Below, in pieces: positions 1 through 12,088 of a stretch of 64,000 nucleotides of DNA; the first letter of the stretch is position 1, and every line of letters begins with the position of its first letter. Both the position numbers and the translations under genes were made by a program. This DNA comes from Azolla caroliniana. Lineage: Eukaryota > Plantae > Polypodiophyta. The notes under the pieces were generated by a model. It saw only the letters and a program-made list of their open reading frames with translations, did no database searches and was not told where the DNA came from. The stretch lies in contig JBHGNT010000011.1 in NCBI GenBank assembly GCA_043228905.1, positions 14,446,001 through 14,510,000 on the forward strand. The letters run 5' to 3'.

Positions 1-582
1 GTATCCTTTTATTGAGTCGATTGAAAGGGATAACCGGGTTCATCTCCCTCGGTTCCATTTCTATATATCCCATTATATAATTTCAGTCTCAAAATCTCCC
101 CATTCTTAAGCCTTTGGTCCATCCATAATACAGTGGATAGATGTTGATTGATCTACCTCACAACAAACAATAAAATCTCCTATCAATAAACCTGTTCTTC
201 CATGATCAAGCATTGAATTTAGAGGTCTCCATAACAAATTTCGTTCTTGTGAAACGTTTGATGCATACACACCAACTAACCAAAGAACTTGCCCTTCATA
301 ACATATCTTAACCACTATAAATCTTCCAAATTCATATGAAACAATTACTTTTTGGTAAAATTTATCTCTTATAAACATGACAATCCTAGGATAATCCCCA
401 TCAACATTGCTAGAATAACATAGTGTATAACCCTTAGAATAATAAATTAATCTAGCATTACAATGATCTTTATGCTCTACTACACATAAAACTTCCAATT
501 TCTAACTTTACACAATTCTCCAAACCTCATGTATTCTAAATCTACAACATAATCCCCTCACATTCCATGCGGTGATCTTCAT
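1..582 (-). pseudogene. LINE ORF2 N-terminus (APE-type endonuclease), degenerate
   Basis: Minus strand from ATG at 582 reads MKITAWNVRGL; ORF 106..498 contains LVGVYASN and LIGDF endonuclease motifs. Confidence 0.85.
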
Positions 583-1505
583 GTTGGGATTTCGGTCCCT
601 CCGGATGGGATGTCCGGAGATGAATGACGGCAAGCCCGGTTGCGGTTACGGAATCGGAGGATGAAGAGTACCCGGCATGAAGCCGGATGAAGAGTACCCG
701 GCTACGGAGTCGGATGATGAAGACCCCGGTTACGGAGCCGGATGACGAATGTACCCGGAGAGAGATCCGGATGCGGGGACATATTTGTGAATATGTTTGC
801 CAAGGGCCCTTGAGGCTATATTTGTAAATAGCCCGAAAGTCATATGTGTATAAATATGACTTAGGGCAAACAGTTGTTGTTGTTACTCATTTTTCTGTTT
901 TCCACTAAGAGGGAGCTAAGTGAGCAGCCGAGAGAGAGAGAGAGAGAGAGAGACGAAGAGGTCGTTGCCTCTGTGTATTACCGCCGCCTGTGGCGAAGAC
1001 AGTGAGCTCAAGGTTGTTGCCTTGTAGCTTCACCATTGTACATCTCTGTTTATAGTGATAGTTGGAGTTTGAGGACTCCCGTGGTTTTTCCCATTTAGGG
1101 AATTTCCACGTAAAACATCCTGTGTACTCCTCTCTCTATTGTCTTCGTGCATTTTGTATTTCCTGTTTTCTGCGAGTTGATCCTATTCCTCGGTTGTGGC
1201 CGAGCACTGTGTTTAATACTTCATACTTTATTTTTTCCTTTAATTTAAGAAATCTTCAGATGTCTTTCTCTTCTTAGAATGAGATCTTGATGGTTGTCAT
1301 TTAGAAGATTTCTATCCGACAGAAATCTTGAGTTTACCTCATGTATTCTAAATCTACAACATAATCCCCTCACATTCCATGCGGTGATCTTCATACTTTA
1401 TTTTTTCCTTTAATTTAATAAATCTTCAGATGTCTTTCTCTTCTTAGAATGAGATCTTGATGGTTGTCGTTTAGAAGATTTCTATTCGACAGAAGTCTTG
1501 AGTTT
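524..1505. repeat. 170-bp tandem duplication, first copy interrupted by the solo LTR
   Basis: Copy 1 = 524-581 + 1224-1335; copy 2 = 1336-1505; near-identical. Confidence 0.9.
582..1218 (+). mobile_element. Solo LTR, Copia family A-related (637 bp)
   Basis: TG start, TA end (probably decayed CA); TSD CTTCA at 577-581 and 1219-1223; same layout as the LTRs of 35904-46705 (CCGG-rich U3 repeats, TATA, GA tract). Confidence 0.9.
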
Positions 1506-1661
1506 GTTCCAGAGATCTGTCTAGCTTGAGGTCTTCAAGGGGGTGAAAGCAGGAATGTTGTTGTAGACAAATGACATTTGGCAAAATATTAGCAAGCTTT
1601 GCTCTGATACCAAATCTTCGAGATGAGGCCGTCGGTGCGGAATAGAAAATAGCATTTTGGG

Positions 1662-1954
1662 TGATAAAGATCACCAAGTTGACCAATTAAATCAAGATCA
1701 AAGAGATAGGACAGGGTATATGAGTGAGAGAGAGAGAGAGAGAGATCGTCAGAGGCACACAAGAAGTAATTGTATTATTCAAAAGAGATAGTTACAACAA
1801 ATGGAGGCAACAACCTTATGAACTAGGTTACAATGCCAGTTATATACTAGGTGGGTTAGGGCAACTACCCTTACACATATTTACATAAATGTCCTAAACC
1901 TAGTCTATCCAAAGGGACAGTGTGAATACGGTCATTATACACCCGTTTTTTACA
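1662..1954 (-). mobile_element. LTR remnant related to Copia family B
   Basis: Reverse complement shares GTGTATAATG..CGTATTCACACT, AAGGGTAGTTGCCCTAA and a CT tract with family B LTRs; Met PBS at 1601-1612 is ~50 bp away; no TSD. Confidence 0.6.
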
Positions 1955-1961
1955 CTTAAGT

Positions 1962-2700
1962 GGGACCACTGAGGACTTGAACTAGAGAGGATGGGATGTT
2001 AGGTGGCTCTAAGGCTCGTGGAAGTCGAAAGATAGTTAGATTCAAACGCTCCTAAGAGTCGAAAGATCATTAGACATGAAAGCTCATAAGAGTCAAAAGA
2101 TCTTCAAAGTCGAAAGCTCCTAGGAGTCAAAAGATAGTTAGACTCGAAGGCTCGTCAAAGTCGAAACCTCCTAGGAATTGAAAGGTCATTAGAGTTGAAA
2201 GCTCCTAGGACTTAAAAGATCGTTAGACTTGAAGGCTAGTAAGAGTCGAAGGCTTATCAGATTCGAAGGCTCGTCAGAGTCGAAGGTTTTTAAGAGTCAA
2301 ACATTCCTTAAAGTGGAAGGCAACTTAGAGTCCAAGATTATGCAGAGTCGAAGGTAAGCCAAAGTCGAAAATAAGTCAGAGTCGAAAGTTGTGCAGAATC
2401 GTAGGTAACTTATAGTAGAAGACTCTACAAAGTCGAAGGTAACTCGGAGTTGAAGGCTCTATAGAGTAGAAAGTAAGTCATAGTCGAGCGCTCCGTAGAG
2501 TTGAAGGTAGGTCAAAGTCAAAGACTCTTCAGACCCGAAGCCTTCTTAGACTCGAAGACTCATCACAGTTGAAGGCTCCTCAGAGTCGAAGTTAACAACG
2601 AGCTTAACAACAAATTGTGCACAAGATTAAGATTGAAACACGTAATTAACCCAAAGAGCACGAGATTACGAATGGATTTTACAAAAAAATAATAATTCCA
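1962..2700. repeat. Degenerate ~19-20-bp tandem array (AGAGTCGAAGG core) within a dispersed repeat
   Basis: Many AGTCGAAG variants; flanks (CTTGAACTAGAGAGGATGG; TAATTAACCCAAAGAGC..GAGATTACGAATG) recur at 59585-59975. Confidence 0.75.
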
Positions 2701-3201
2701 AAAACATATTCTTCATTCGTAGAAATTCTGCATACATGACAAAATGATTAGTCTAACAACCTTATAAAGGATGTAGCCGTGATAGGCCAATAAATAAATA
2801 AAAACCTCAAAGACTCATAGTATAAAACTACAAAGAATGGTGAACACATACATGAATCTTCTTTCCATCTCATGTGATCATTGTCTTAAACATTGAACTG
2901 TGGTTTCTCATTGTTCATCCATGTAATTATCCATATGTGGATAGATAATACGTCATTATTCTTCTGTTCTCACATGCTCATCAACATATGTAATAATTGC
3001 TCATCACCATGGCTTCACATGTTATTTGACCTTTATCTACCATGGTTGTATGACTACAAGCATTTCCAACCGGCTTTGGTAAAACTCCATTTCCTCTCAT
3101 CTGGTCAAATATAGAAAACACATTTTCAATTTCTCCAACTTGACCATATCTTGTAATGAGAACATTGCAAGAGACTATCTTTCGAAGTTGGAAGCATATC
3201 A

Positions 3202-3778
3202 TGAAAGGAATACGGCTTCCTAAGCTATGCTCGGCCACAACCGAGACGTCGGATCAAGCACAGAAAAAACAGGGATATGGTGAGATGTATTTATGCACGA
3301 AACAGTAAAGAAGAGAGTGCACTGGATGTTAACGTGGAAAACACAAATATGGGAAAAACCACGGCAGCCCTCAGACTGCAAAATAACACTATATCAAGAT
3401 TACAACAATGGGGCACAGAGGCAACGACCTCTTCCTCTCTCTCTCTCTCTTCTCTGTACATACTTACACTCTGAATTATCGCCACAATGATAATAACACA
3501 ACCAACTCTACATCATACATTATTAAGTTTGCCCTAGGTCATATTTATACTAATATGAATTTCAGGCTATTTACAAATATAGCCCTAGTGGGCTCTCTAG
3601 AACATATTTACATATATGTCCCTTCCATCCGATTGAGAGGTTCTCACCAGGCCTGCAACATCCGGTTCTCACCGGGTCTTCCGTTGCCGGGTACTCGTCA
3701 TCCGGTTTCGGCCTCGGCCGAGTTGCTCATCAACACTGTTCTTCTCACTTCCCATCTGGAGGGACCTGTTTCCTAACA
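3202..3778 (-). mobile_element. Solo LTR, Copia family A-related (577 bp)
   Basis: TG..CA; TSD TATCA at 3197-3201 and 3779-3783; interrupts PPR at ELFD/M. Confidence 0.92.
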
Positions 3779-5073
3779 TATCAAACAGTTCACGTACTTT
3801 CTCTAAGACTCCACACTTAGCATATAGATCAAGCAATGCATTGCCAACAACCTGGTTTCTCTTCAGCCCACCCATCTCCTCAATCTTTACATGCATTTCT
3901 CTGCCCTTTTCTATTGCTCCATTGCTAGCAGAAGCTTTTAGAGTACCTACAAATGTGATAGAATTAGAAGAGATTCTCTTCTTTTGCATCTTCTCAAAAG
4001 CATTAAAGGCCTCCTCGTCATTCTCATAGTGCACATAACCTGTGAACAATGTATTCCATGTCACTGTATCACATATGGGAAGTTTGTTAAACATTTCCTT
4101 TGCTTTTGTTACCATGTCACATTTCGAATCATCTCTACTAGTGCATTTCCAGCAAGTTGGCTTTTTCTGAAAAGCCCTTTCCTCTCAACATCGAAATGTA
4201 TCTCGTTGCCTTTGTTTGTGGATCTAATACACCCACAAGCTTTCAAAATGCATGCACATGTGACTTCATCTCCAGAAATTCGTTGAAGTTGCATCTTCTT
4301 GACTTGATCAACACGTCCTCACCTTGCTCCTCTTTTGCTTTTTCAAGTGAGCCAACATGTCAACTATTCATCTGGGATGATCCCTTGGCATTGCATATGC
4401 TCAAAACCTTCCAACGCTTCCTGGTATCAATCATGAGGACCATGTTGTGCTATTAATGCCTTCCATGACACCACATCACGAACTGAGATCTTATCGAATA
4501 CATCTCTGCCTTGATCTATCATACCACATTTTGAATGTACATGTCCATTAAATAAAAAACATTACTTTCCATTGCCCTATTCCCACAAATATGTACAAGT
4601 ATTTGTTGGCCATTTTCCACAACTTTCAACTAAGTACAAGCTTTCGAAAGCACAGAAACAACATAGTCGTTGGGTGCTGCATTTGTAAACACCAAACTTT
4701 CCATGCTGCCCCTGCAGCTGTTTCCTTCAACATGTGTGTACTTGCATTACGTTCAAGTTCTAAATCGCAAACTTCTGGATATATTAATTCGGAATATACT
4801 TTTTTTACCAAAACCGAAATATCCTTCCATTAGTTTTTAGAAAAGTCATAACAACTGCAACATACAAAATATTTTTTCCAACTCATCTTTATAAGACAAT
4901 GGTTAAGGAAACAAATCTATGTACTCCAAAATAGAGGAAAAACTAATCTGGAAGTTATTCTATATACACATTCCAAGCTATTCCATTGACAACAACAAAA
5001 GTAGTTGCATCCAGAGACAAGCCCTCGTAGCTCATAGATATGAACCATTTCAATGCTTCTTCAATCTGCTCTT

Positions 5074-5213
5074 GTTCAACATAATTTGTAATCAATACAT
5101 TCCAAGCTATTCCATAAACAGAAACAAAAAGAGACAAACCCTCGTTCAACATAATTTGTAATCAATACATTCCAAGCTATTCCATAAACAGAAACAAAAA
5201 GAGACAAACCCTC
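5074..5213. repeat. 70-bp tandem duplication
   Basis: 5074-5143 repeated at 5144-5213. Confidence 0.9.
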
Positions 5214-5684
5214 ACAACTCATAGATTGGAATAATTAGAATGATTTTTCAGCATGCTATATCCACCAATGCAATTCCAATAAATCTTCCTTTACCCTAAA
5301 AAACAAATGCTACCACAAGCTTCCAAGGTAGAAAACAATGTATTCCATGCCTCTACATCTCGGTTTTGAAGGCGATCAAATACATCATGTGCTTCTTCAA
5401 GACAACCACATTTCATATGCACGTCTGTAAACACAAAAAGAATGCTTCCTCTTTCCACATCAATCATCTTGTTGGTTACCACCAAATTCCTGGTTCTATA
5501 CTCCCTCCATTCTCTTGAAACTACCTCGTATACATGAAGACAATGAACCAGTTGTATGCTCACACATTTTCGGAGAACCATAGCATGCAGACCATTCTTC
5601 AAATTACATCATTCTGCCACATCCAATCCTTGTTATATGATCACCAAGTAAACCACAAAAATCTTTGTTGAACCATGATCCACC

Positions 5685-6086
5685 TGTTGGGAGACAGGTC
5701 CCTCCGGATGGGAAGGGAGAAGAACAATGCCGATGAACAAACTCGGCCGAGGCCGAAACCAGATGAGGAGTACCCGGCTACGGAGAGCCGGATGGTACAG
5801 ACCCGGTGAAGACCGGATGAGGAGTGCCCGGCTATAGAGAGCCAGATGGTGCAGACTCGGTGAGGACCGGAAGAGGAGTGCCCGGCTACGGAGAGCCGGA
5901 TGGTGCAGACCCGGTGAGGAGTGCTCACCAGATGAAGAGACATATTCGTAAATATGTTTCTGAGAGTCCATCATGGCTATATTTGTAAATAGCCGAAAAG
6001 TCATATTAGTATAAATATGACTTAGGGCAAACTTTTAGTTGTTGTTGTCATTCTTGTTTTGCACGAGATTAGAGCGCGTAACAGTG

Positions 6087-6151
<65 letters not shown>

Positions 6152-6419
6152 TCGTTGCCTCAGTTGTAACCGCCGCCTGTGGCGGAGATCGTGAGCACGA
6201 GGTCGTTGCCTCCGTGAACTCACTGTTGTACATTCTTACATAGTGATAGTTTGCAGCCTGTGGGCTGCCGTGGTTTTTTCCCTAGTTTGGGGTTTTCCAC
6301 GTAAACCTCCTGTGTACTCGTCTCTTCTTCGTGTCATTCATTACTTCCCGTTTTCTGTGTATGATTCTAAGCTCGGTTGTGGCCGAGCGTTGCGTATAAG
6401 GAGCGTGCAGTTCCTGTCA
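5685..6419 (+). mobile_element. Solo LTR, Copia family A (735 bp)
   Basis: TG..CA; TSD CCACC at 5680-5684 and 6420-6424; long (GA)n tract. Confidence 0.95.
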
Positions 6420-6779
6420 CCACCTAGCCACATATAGCATATGTCCAACAAAGCCTTTCCAAGCTCAATGTTGTCTTTTAGTAGTCTAATACTCATGATT
6501 CCATTGCAAGTTTCCATACCTATTAACCACTGCTATAGTTCCACCTGGTAGTGCATTTTTAGAAGCCATAGCCCGAACCGGAAGTCCCTCTTTCCTCATA
6601 GGTAAAGCACAGAAGATGAGGGTCATATGGCGACCTTCTAGTGTCTTCCATTACTTTGTCTCGACACAAAGAAGTTGCATTGTGAAACACCATCCTTCTT
6701 GAACCTGCTCATATTAATTCGGAATATACTTTGCCAAATATAGCAATCACTTGCAAAAGAAAATGTTTCTATTTTCCTC

Positions 6780-7790
6780 GTCCCCTCATGAAAGTATGCT
6801 TCAACCCCCAATAATGTCATGATCACTCATCCTTATCAAACAAAGAAAATATGCTTCCTTTTCCCCAACCAACATGTTGCCGATTACCACCAACGTCCAC
6901 ATTAGCAAATCCTGTACATACCAAACAAAAACATAATGACACTACTCTCTTAATCCCCTCATGAAATTCCGCTTCTTCCCCCGACACCATTGTCACTCAT
7001 CCTTTACCAAAATAGACAAGGTTCTTCATTTTCCACATCAACCGTCTGTTCGTTTGCCACTAAAGTCCTATACAAACAAAAATAGAGTGAATGTGTTATC
7101 CTCATCCCCTCATAAAAACATAGCTTCATCCCCCAATACCACTGTGATTCACTCATCCTTAAAAAATAGACAATTTGCAGAAATGACCACAACAACCATC
7201 TCGATTTATACCACCGAGAACCTATACCAAAAAACATAGTGACATTGTTCTCTTGATTCCCTCATGAAATTTCGCTTCTTCACACGACACCATCGTCACT
7301 CATATTTTGCCAAAATAGACAATATTCTTCGTTTTCCACATCAACCGTCTGTTTGTTTACCGCCCAAGTCCATGGTTCCCTCATCCTTAAAAAAATGAAA
7401 TATGCAAATTTGCTTCAATGACCACAACAACCATCTCGTTGTATACCACCAAGGACCTATACTTACAAAACCAGAATGAGATTACTCCACTAATCCCCTC
7501 ATGAAATTATGCTTCATCCCCCTACACCATCGTCACTCATCCTATACAAAAATAAAATGTGCTTCATTTTCCACATCAACCATCTATTTATTCACCACAA
7601 AAATATTGTACAAACAAAATTAGAGTGAATGTGTTGTCCTCATCCCCTCATAAAAATCTGCTTCAGCCCCCGACAACACCATCACTCATCCTTACCAAAT
7701 AGAAATGCTTCATGACCACATCACCATCTCGTTGTATACCACCAAAGTCTTGTATCTACAAAAAACTTAATGAAACTACTATCCTAACAA
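6780..7790. repeat. Degenerate ~150-bp tandem repeat with ~300-bp higher-order period
   Basis: CCCTCAT(G/A)AAA..CACTCATCCT recurs near 6783, 6956, 7106, 7258, 7495 and 7644; alternate units share CCACATCAACC or ATGACCACA. Confidence 0.7.
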
Positions 7791-9547
7791 AAAATTAATG
7801 TGGACTTCCTATTAAGTCATGTTGTATGCAGTATGAATGGCGCCGATGGCGGAAACAACCAACGAGGTGGAACATAGTTCCACTTAACGTCCTCACCTGC
7901 ACCCAAGATAATAGGAATAGCTGACCAGATTCTTCTAATTCTCTTTCTTTTCCGGTTAGCCATATTTCCAAAACCCTTATAACTATCATATTCACCTTTA
8001 ACCGTATTTACCAATAATTCCCAGAAAGACTTAACCTGATCCACAACATTAGTTTGTTCATCATTAAATATTTTAGAACACCTCACTTTCCAAATAATCC
8101 ATAAGGCCAAAGAGGAGATAATGTTCCAAACATAACACCAGGAAAAGAACTTGACTCCCTTCAAGGAGCTTGATGTAACATACACCTGAAATTTTTCACA
8201 TGTAAAGTCAATGATGAATTATGATGATGATAAAAAATCGTTTGTTGAGTCAACGTTCCCCAAAAGACCGTACCCCACGTGAATATAGCCCCCCTATACT
8301 TACGACCTAAAAGCCTAAGAATACAAGACCAAATACATTTGGCCATATACCACATTCCCAAAAAGCATGATGCAATGTCTCAGATACAAAACCACCTACC
8401 ACATGATCGATAAGGTATTGTTCCCCTCAATAAAGCTCCTACTGGCAATGCATAATGAATCATTAACCATCGAAAATGCAATACCTTGTTCATACATTTA
8501 AGTGACCAAAACTGTTTCCAGAACTTCAACATATACGAAGATGACACATTACCTTCCTCCCAATATTTTTTCCCCGCAAGTATCAACTCTATCTCATTTA
8601 ACAAAACATTTCTACCCAACGCCACAAAATATCTGAAAAATGGAAAAACTTTCGTTTGCGACTGTCAGACCTCTTGACGAGAACTCAACGCTCCCCTATA
8701 CGCAACGCTCGGCCAGAACCAAGCTTAGATTCATGCACAGAAAATGGGAAATGAAAGCACGACACAAAGAGGAGAAGAGTACACAGGATGTTTACATGGA
8801 AAACCCAAAGAGGGAAAAAAACCACGGCAGCCCACAGGCTGCAAACTATCACTATGCTAGAATGTACAACAGTGAGTTCACGGAGGCAACGACCTCGTGC
8901 TCACGATCCTCGCCACAGGCAGCGGTTACAACAGAGGCAACTACCTCTTGCTCTCTCTCTCTCTGTACACAGTTACGCGCTCACTCTATTCTTGCACCAA
9001 CAAGAATAACAACAACAACAACAGCCATTAAAAAAAAGTTTGCCCTAAGTCATATTTATACTAATATGACTTTTCGGCTATTTACAAATATAGCCACAAT
9101 GGACTCTCAAAAACATATTTACAAATATGTCTCTTCATCCGGAGAGCACTCCTCACCGGGCCTGCATCATCCGGATCTTCCCGGGGACTCCTCATCCGGT
9201 TCTTCACCGGGTCTATACCATCCGGCTCTCCGTAGCCGGGTACTCCTCATCCGGTTCTCACCGGGTCTGCACCATCCGGTTCTCCGTAGCCGTGTCTGCA
9301 CCATCCAGCTCTCCGTGGCCGGGTCTGCACCATCCGGTTCTCCGTAGCCGGGTCTGCACCATCCGGCTTTCCGTAGCCAGGTACTCCTCATCCGGTTCTC
9401 ACCGGGTCTGTACCATCCGGCTCTCCGTAGCCAGGTACTCCTCATCCGGTTTTGGCCTCGGCCTATCGGCCTCGGCCAAGTTTGCTTATCAACACTGTTC
9501 TTCTCCCTTCCCATCCGGAGGGACCTGTCTCCCAACAAACTCCCCCT

Positions 9548-12086
9548 TCACTCCAGCATGGGGTGTCTTACTAGACCGATCCTCTTCCGGCATGCATCCA
9601 GCTTGTCGGGTATCAACACTTTGGTCAGCATATCTGACCCGTTCTCGGCCGTGTGGATCTTCGTCAGTGCGAACTCCTGGTCATCTACTCTTTCCCGGAT
9701 CCAGTGATATCTTCGCTGGATATGCATCGTCCGGGAATGGTAGGCACTTTGACTGTCGCAATAGAGCCGGTATTCATCTTGCCGGATACCGAGCTCTCCG
9801 ATGAAGTCCTTCATCCATAAGATTTCCTTGCCGGCTTCCATAACCGCCATGTACTCCGCCTCTGTGGTTGACAACACAACCGTCTTTTGCAGCCTCGATT
9901 GCCACGAAACAGCTCCCCCTGCATATGTCATTACACACTCGGATGTAGACCGGCTGGTATCCACATTAGCCGACATGTCCGAATTGGTGAAACCGTCCAG
10001 TTGAGGTTTTCCGGAGCCGAATCGGAGACACATATTTGAAGTGCCCTTCAAATACCGGAGTATCCATTTGACCGCGTTCCAGTGCTCCTTGCCGGGATTG
10101 CTCATGAACCGGCTAACCACTCCGAATGCGTATCCTATATCCGGTCGGGTACAAACCATTGCGTACATTAAGCTCCCGACGGCAGAGGCATATGGAATCT
10201 TCAACATATCCACCTTCTCTGCTTTCGTCTTCGGGATTTGCTTACCGGATAACCTGCAGTTTGCCAGAAGTGTCGATCTGACCGGTTTCGCATTTGACAT
10301 GTTGAACTGGTGAAGCACCTTTGTCACGTATTTCTCTTGTGACAGCCATAATTGCTTCGCTGACCGGTTCCGGATAATATGCATCCCCAACATTTGTCTT
10401 GCCGCACCCAAGTCTTTCATTGAGAAGGTCCGGTTGAGAGCCTTCTTCAACATCCGTATTTTGACTTGGTCCCGTCCGACGATCAACATGTCGTCCACGT
10501 ACAGAAGGAGTATCAAGAAGTCACCTCCTTCGAACTTCTTCACAAACACACAGTGATCGGCCTGTGTCTTGAGGTACCCTTGATCGGTCATGAAGGAATC
10601 GAACTTCCGGTACCATTGCCGGGGGGCCTGCTTCAACCCGTAGAGGCTCTTCTTCAACCGGCAAACCAGGTGCTCCTTCCCTTTCTCCACAAATCCTTCC
10701 GGTTGCTGCATGTAGATCTCCTCTTCGAGGTCGCCGTGAAGGAATGCCGTCAACTTCAGATGCCGGTAGGATACTTCCTTACCGGTCCATACTCTCTATG
10801 GCATGTCTCCGTCCAAGGGTACTGAGGGTGATCTATTTATCACATATGTCGCCGTCGACAATGCCTCAGCCCAAAACTTCTTGGGTAGTTTTGCATGCGC
10901 TAGCATACTCCGGACCCTCTCCATTATGGTCCGGTTCATCCTCTCGGCCAATCCATTTAGTTCCGGCGTCTTCGACACGGTAAATTCGGGCCGGATTCCC
11001 TTCGAGCGGCAGTACTCCTCGAATTGCCCCCGGTATTCTCCTCCGTTATCAGCTCGAACCGCCTTCAGCTTCCGGCCGGTTTCTCTTTCCACTCTCGCGT
11101 GGAGCTCTTTGAAGACGGATAACACTTGATCCTTCGTCTTCAATGGTGTGGCCCACAGCTTCCGGCTGTGGTCATCTATGAACGTCACGAAGTACTACGC
11201 TCCAGCATGTGACTTCATGTCTACTTGACACACATCAGTATGCATCAACTCCAGTGGTGCATTACGTCTCATCGGTGGCCTTGGTCGGAAGGAGGTTCGG
11301 TTCTGCTTACCGGCCAGACAATCAGTGGACTTTTCTAAGTGCACGTTCTTCACTGGAATGAGGTTGTCGTCTACAAGCCTCTTCATCCCCTTCTCGCTCA
11401 TATGACACAGTCTCTTGTGCCACAGCTCACCGACAGTGTCGGATGCCACGTTCACTTCTTCCGGACATAACCGGGCATGCATCAAGTAAAATGTGTTTAC
11501 CTTCTGGGCCCGAGCCACAATCAGGCTCCCTTTGCTGAACTTCATGACACCGTTCCGGATGCTACCCGTGTAGCCCTCATCATCTAGCCGACCGGCTGAT
11601 ATCAGGTTCAGTCGAACCTCCGGAACGTGACGGACATCCCTCAGCAGCAACTTGCATACGGTTGGTGTCAACAGCCACACGTCTCCTATGCCGACAATTC
11701 AGCATGTACCTTCATTCCCCATCCGGACACAGACGTGATCACCGGCTGAGTAGGATGAGAAGCATTTCCGGTCCGGGGTAAGGTGGAACGACGCTCCGGA
11801 GTCTACCACCCAGGTCATCTCGTCGCCGGCAAGGTTTATCTCACTCTCCTTGGTGATGAGCATCAACTCCTCTTCACTTGCCGTGATTGCCGTCATTCCT
11901 TTCCGGTCCGGTGTCCGCTTCGAATCGGTGCCGTCGGTTTCCTTGTCTTTACGCAAGTGCCGACAGTTCTTCTGGAAGTGTCCCGGCTTGCCGCAATAGA
12001 AGCAAGTAGGCCTCCCCCTTGACTTTGACCGTGTCCCCGACTTCTCCCAGTTCTGGGGACTACGGTTTCTATGTCTTCCGCGTTCC
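9548..12086 (-). pseudogene. Zinc knuckle-PR-IN-(deletion)-RT-RNase H of outer family A element
   Basis: CFYCGKPGHFQKNC, WVVDSGAS, LWHKRLCH, RADNGGEY, LLYVDDML, LSTTEAEY; stops at 11699 and 11195. Confidence 0.92.
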
Positions 12087-12088
12087 CT

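Larger units (their letters stand above)
2900..6560 (-). pseudogene. Decayed PLS-class pentatricopeptide repeat (PPR) gene(s)
   Basis: Fragments such as GNALLDLYAKCGVLEKVRELFD, DTVTWNTLFTGY, CILKACG, KCGCLEEAHDVFDRLQNRDVEAWN and ACSH in shifting frames; two solo-LTR insertions; ends approximate. Confidence 0.85.

Noticed and set aside
1601-1612. Met PBS as the start of a full element
   Set aside because: Not adjacent to a TG..CA LTR end; no gag or TSD found
1990-2600. CRISPR-like periodicity of AGTCGAAG units
   Set aside because: Units are contiguous and degenerate with no unique spacers or cas genes, in a eukaryotic context
6090-6145. (GA)n microsatellites
   Set aside because: Ordinary component of these LTRs
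8640-9804. ORFs of 225-235 aa within family A LTRs
   Set aside because: Arise from stop-poor tandem repeats; length varies with repeat number; no domain motifs
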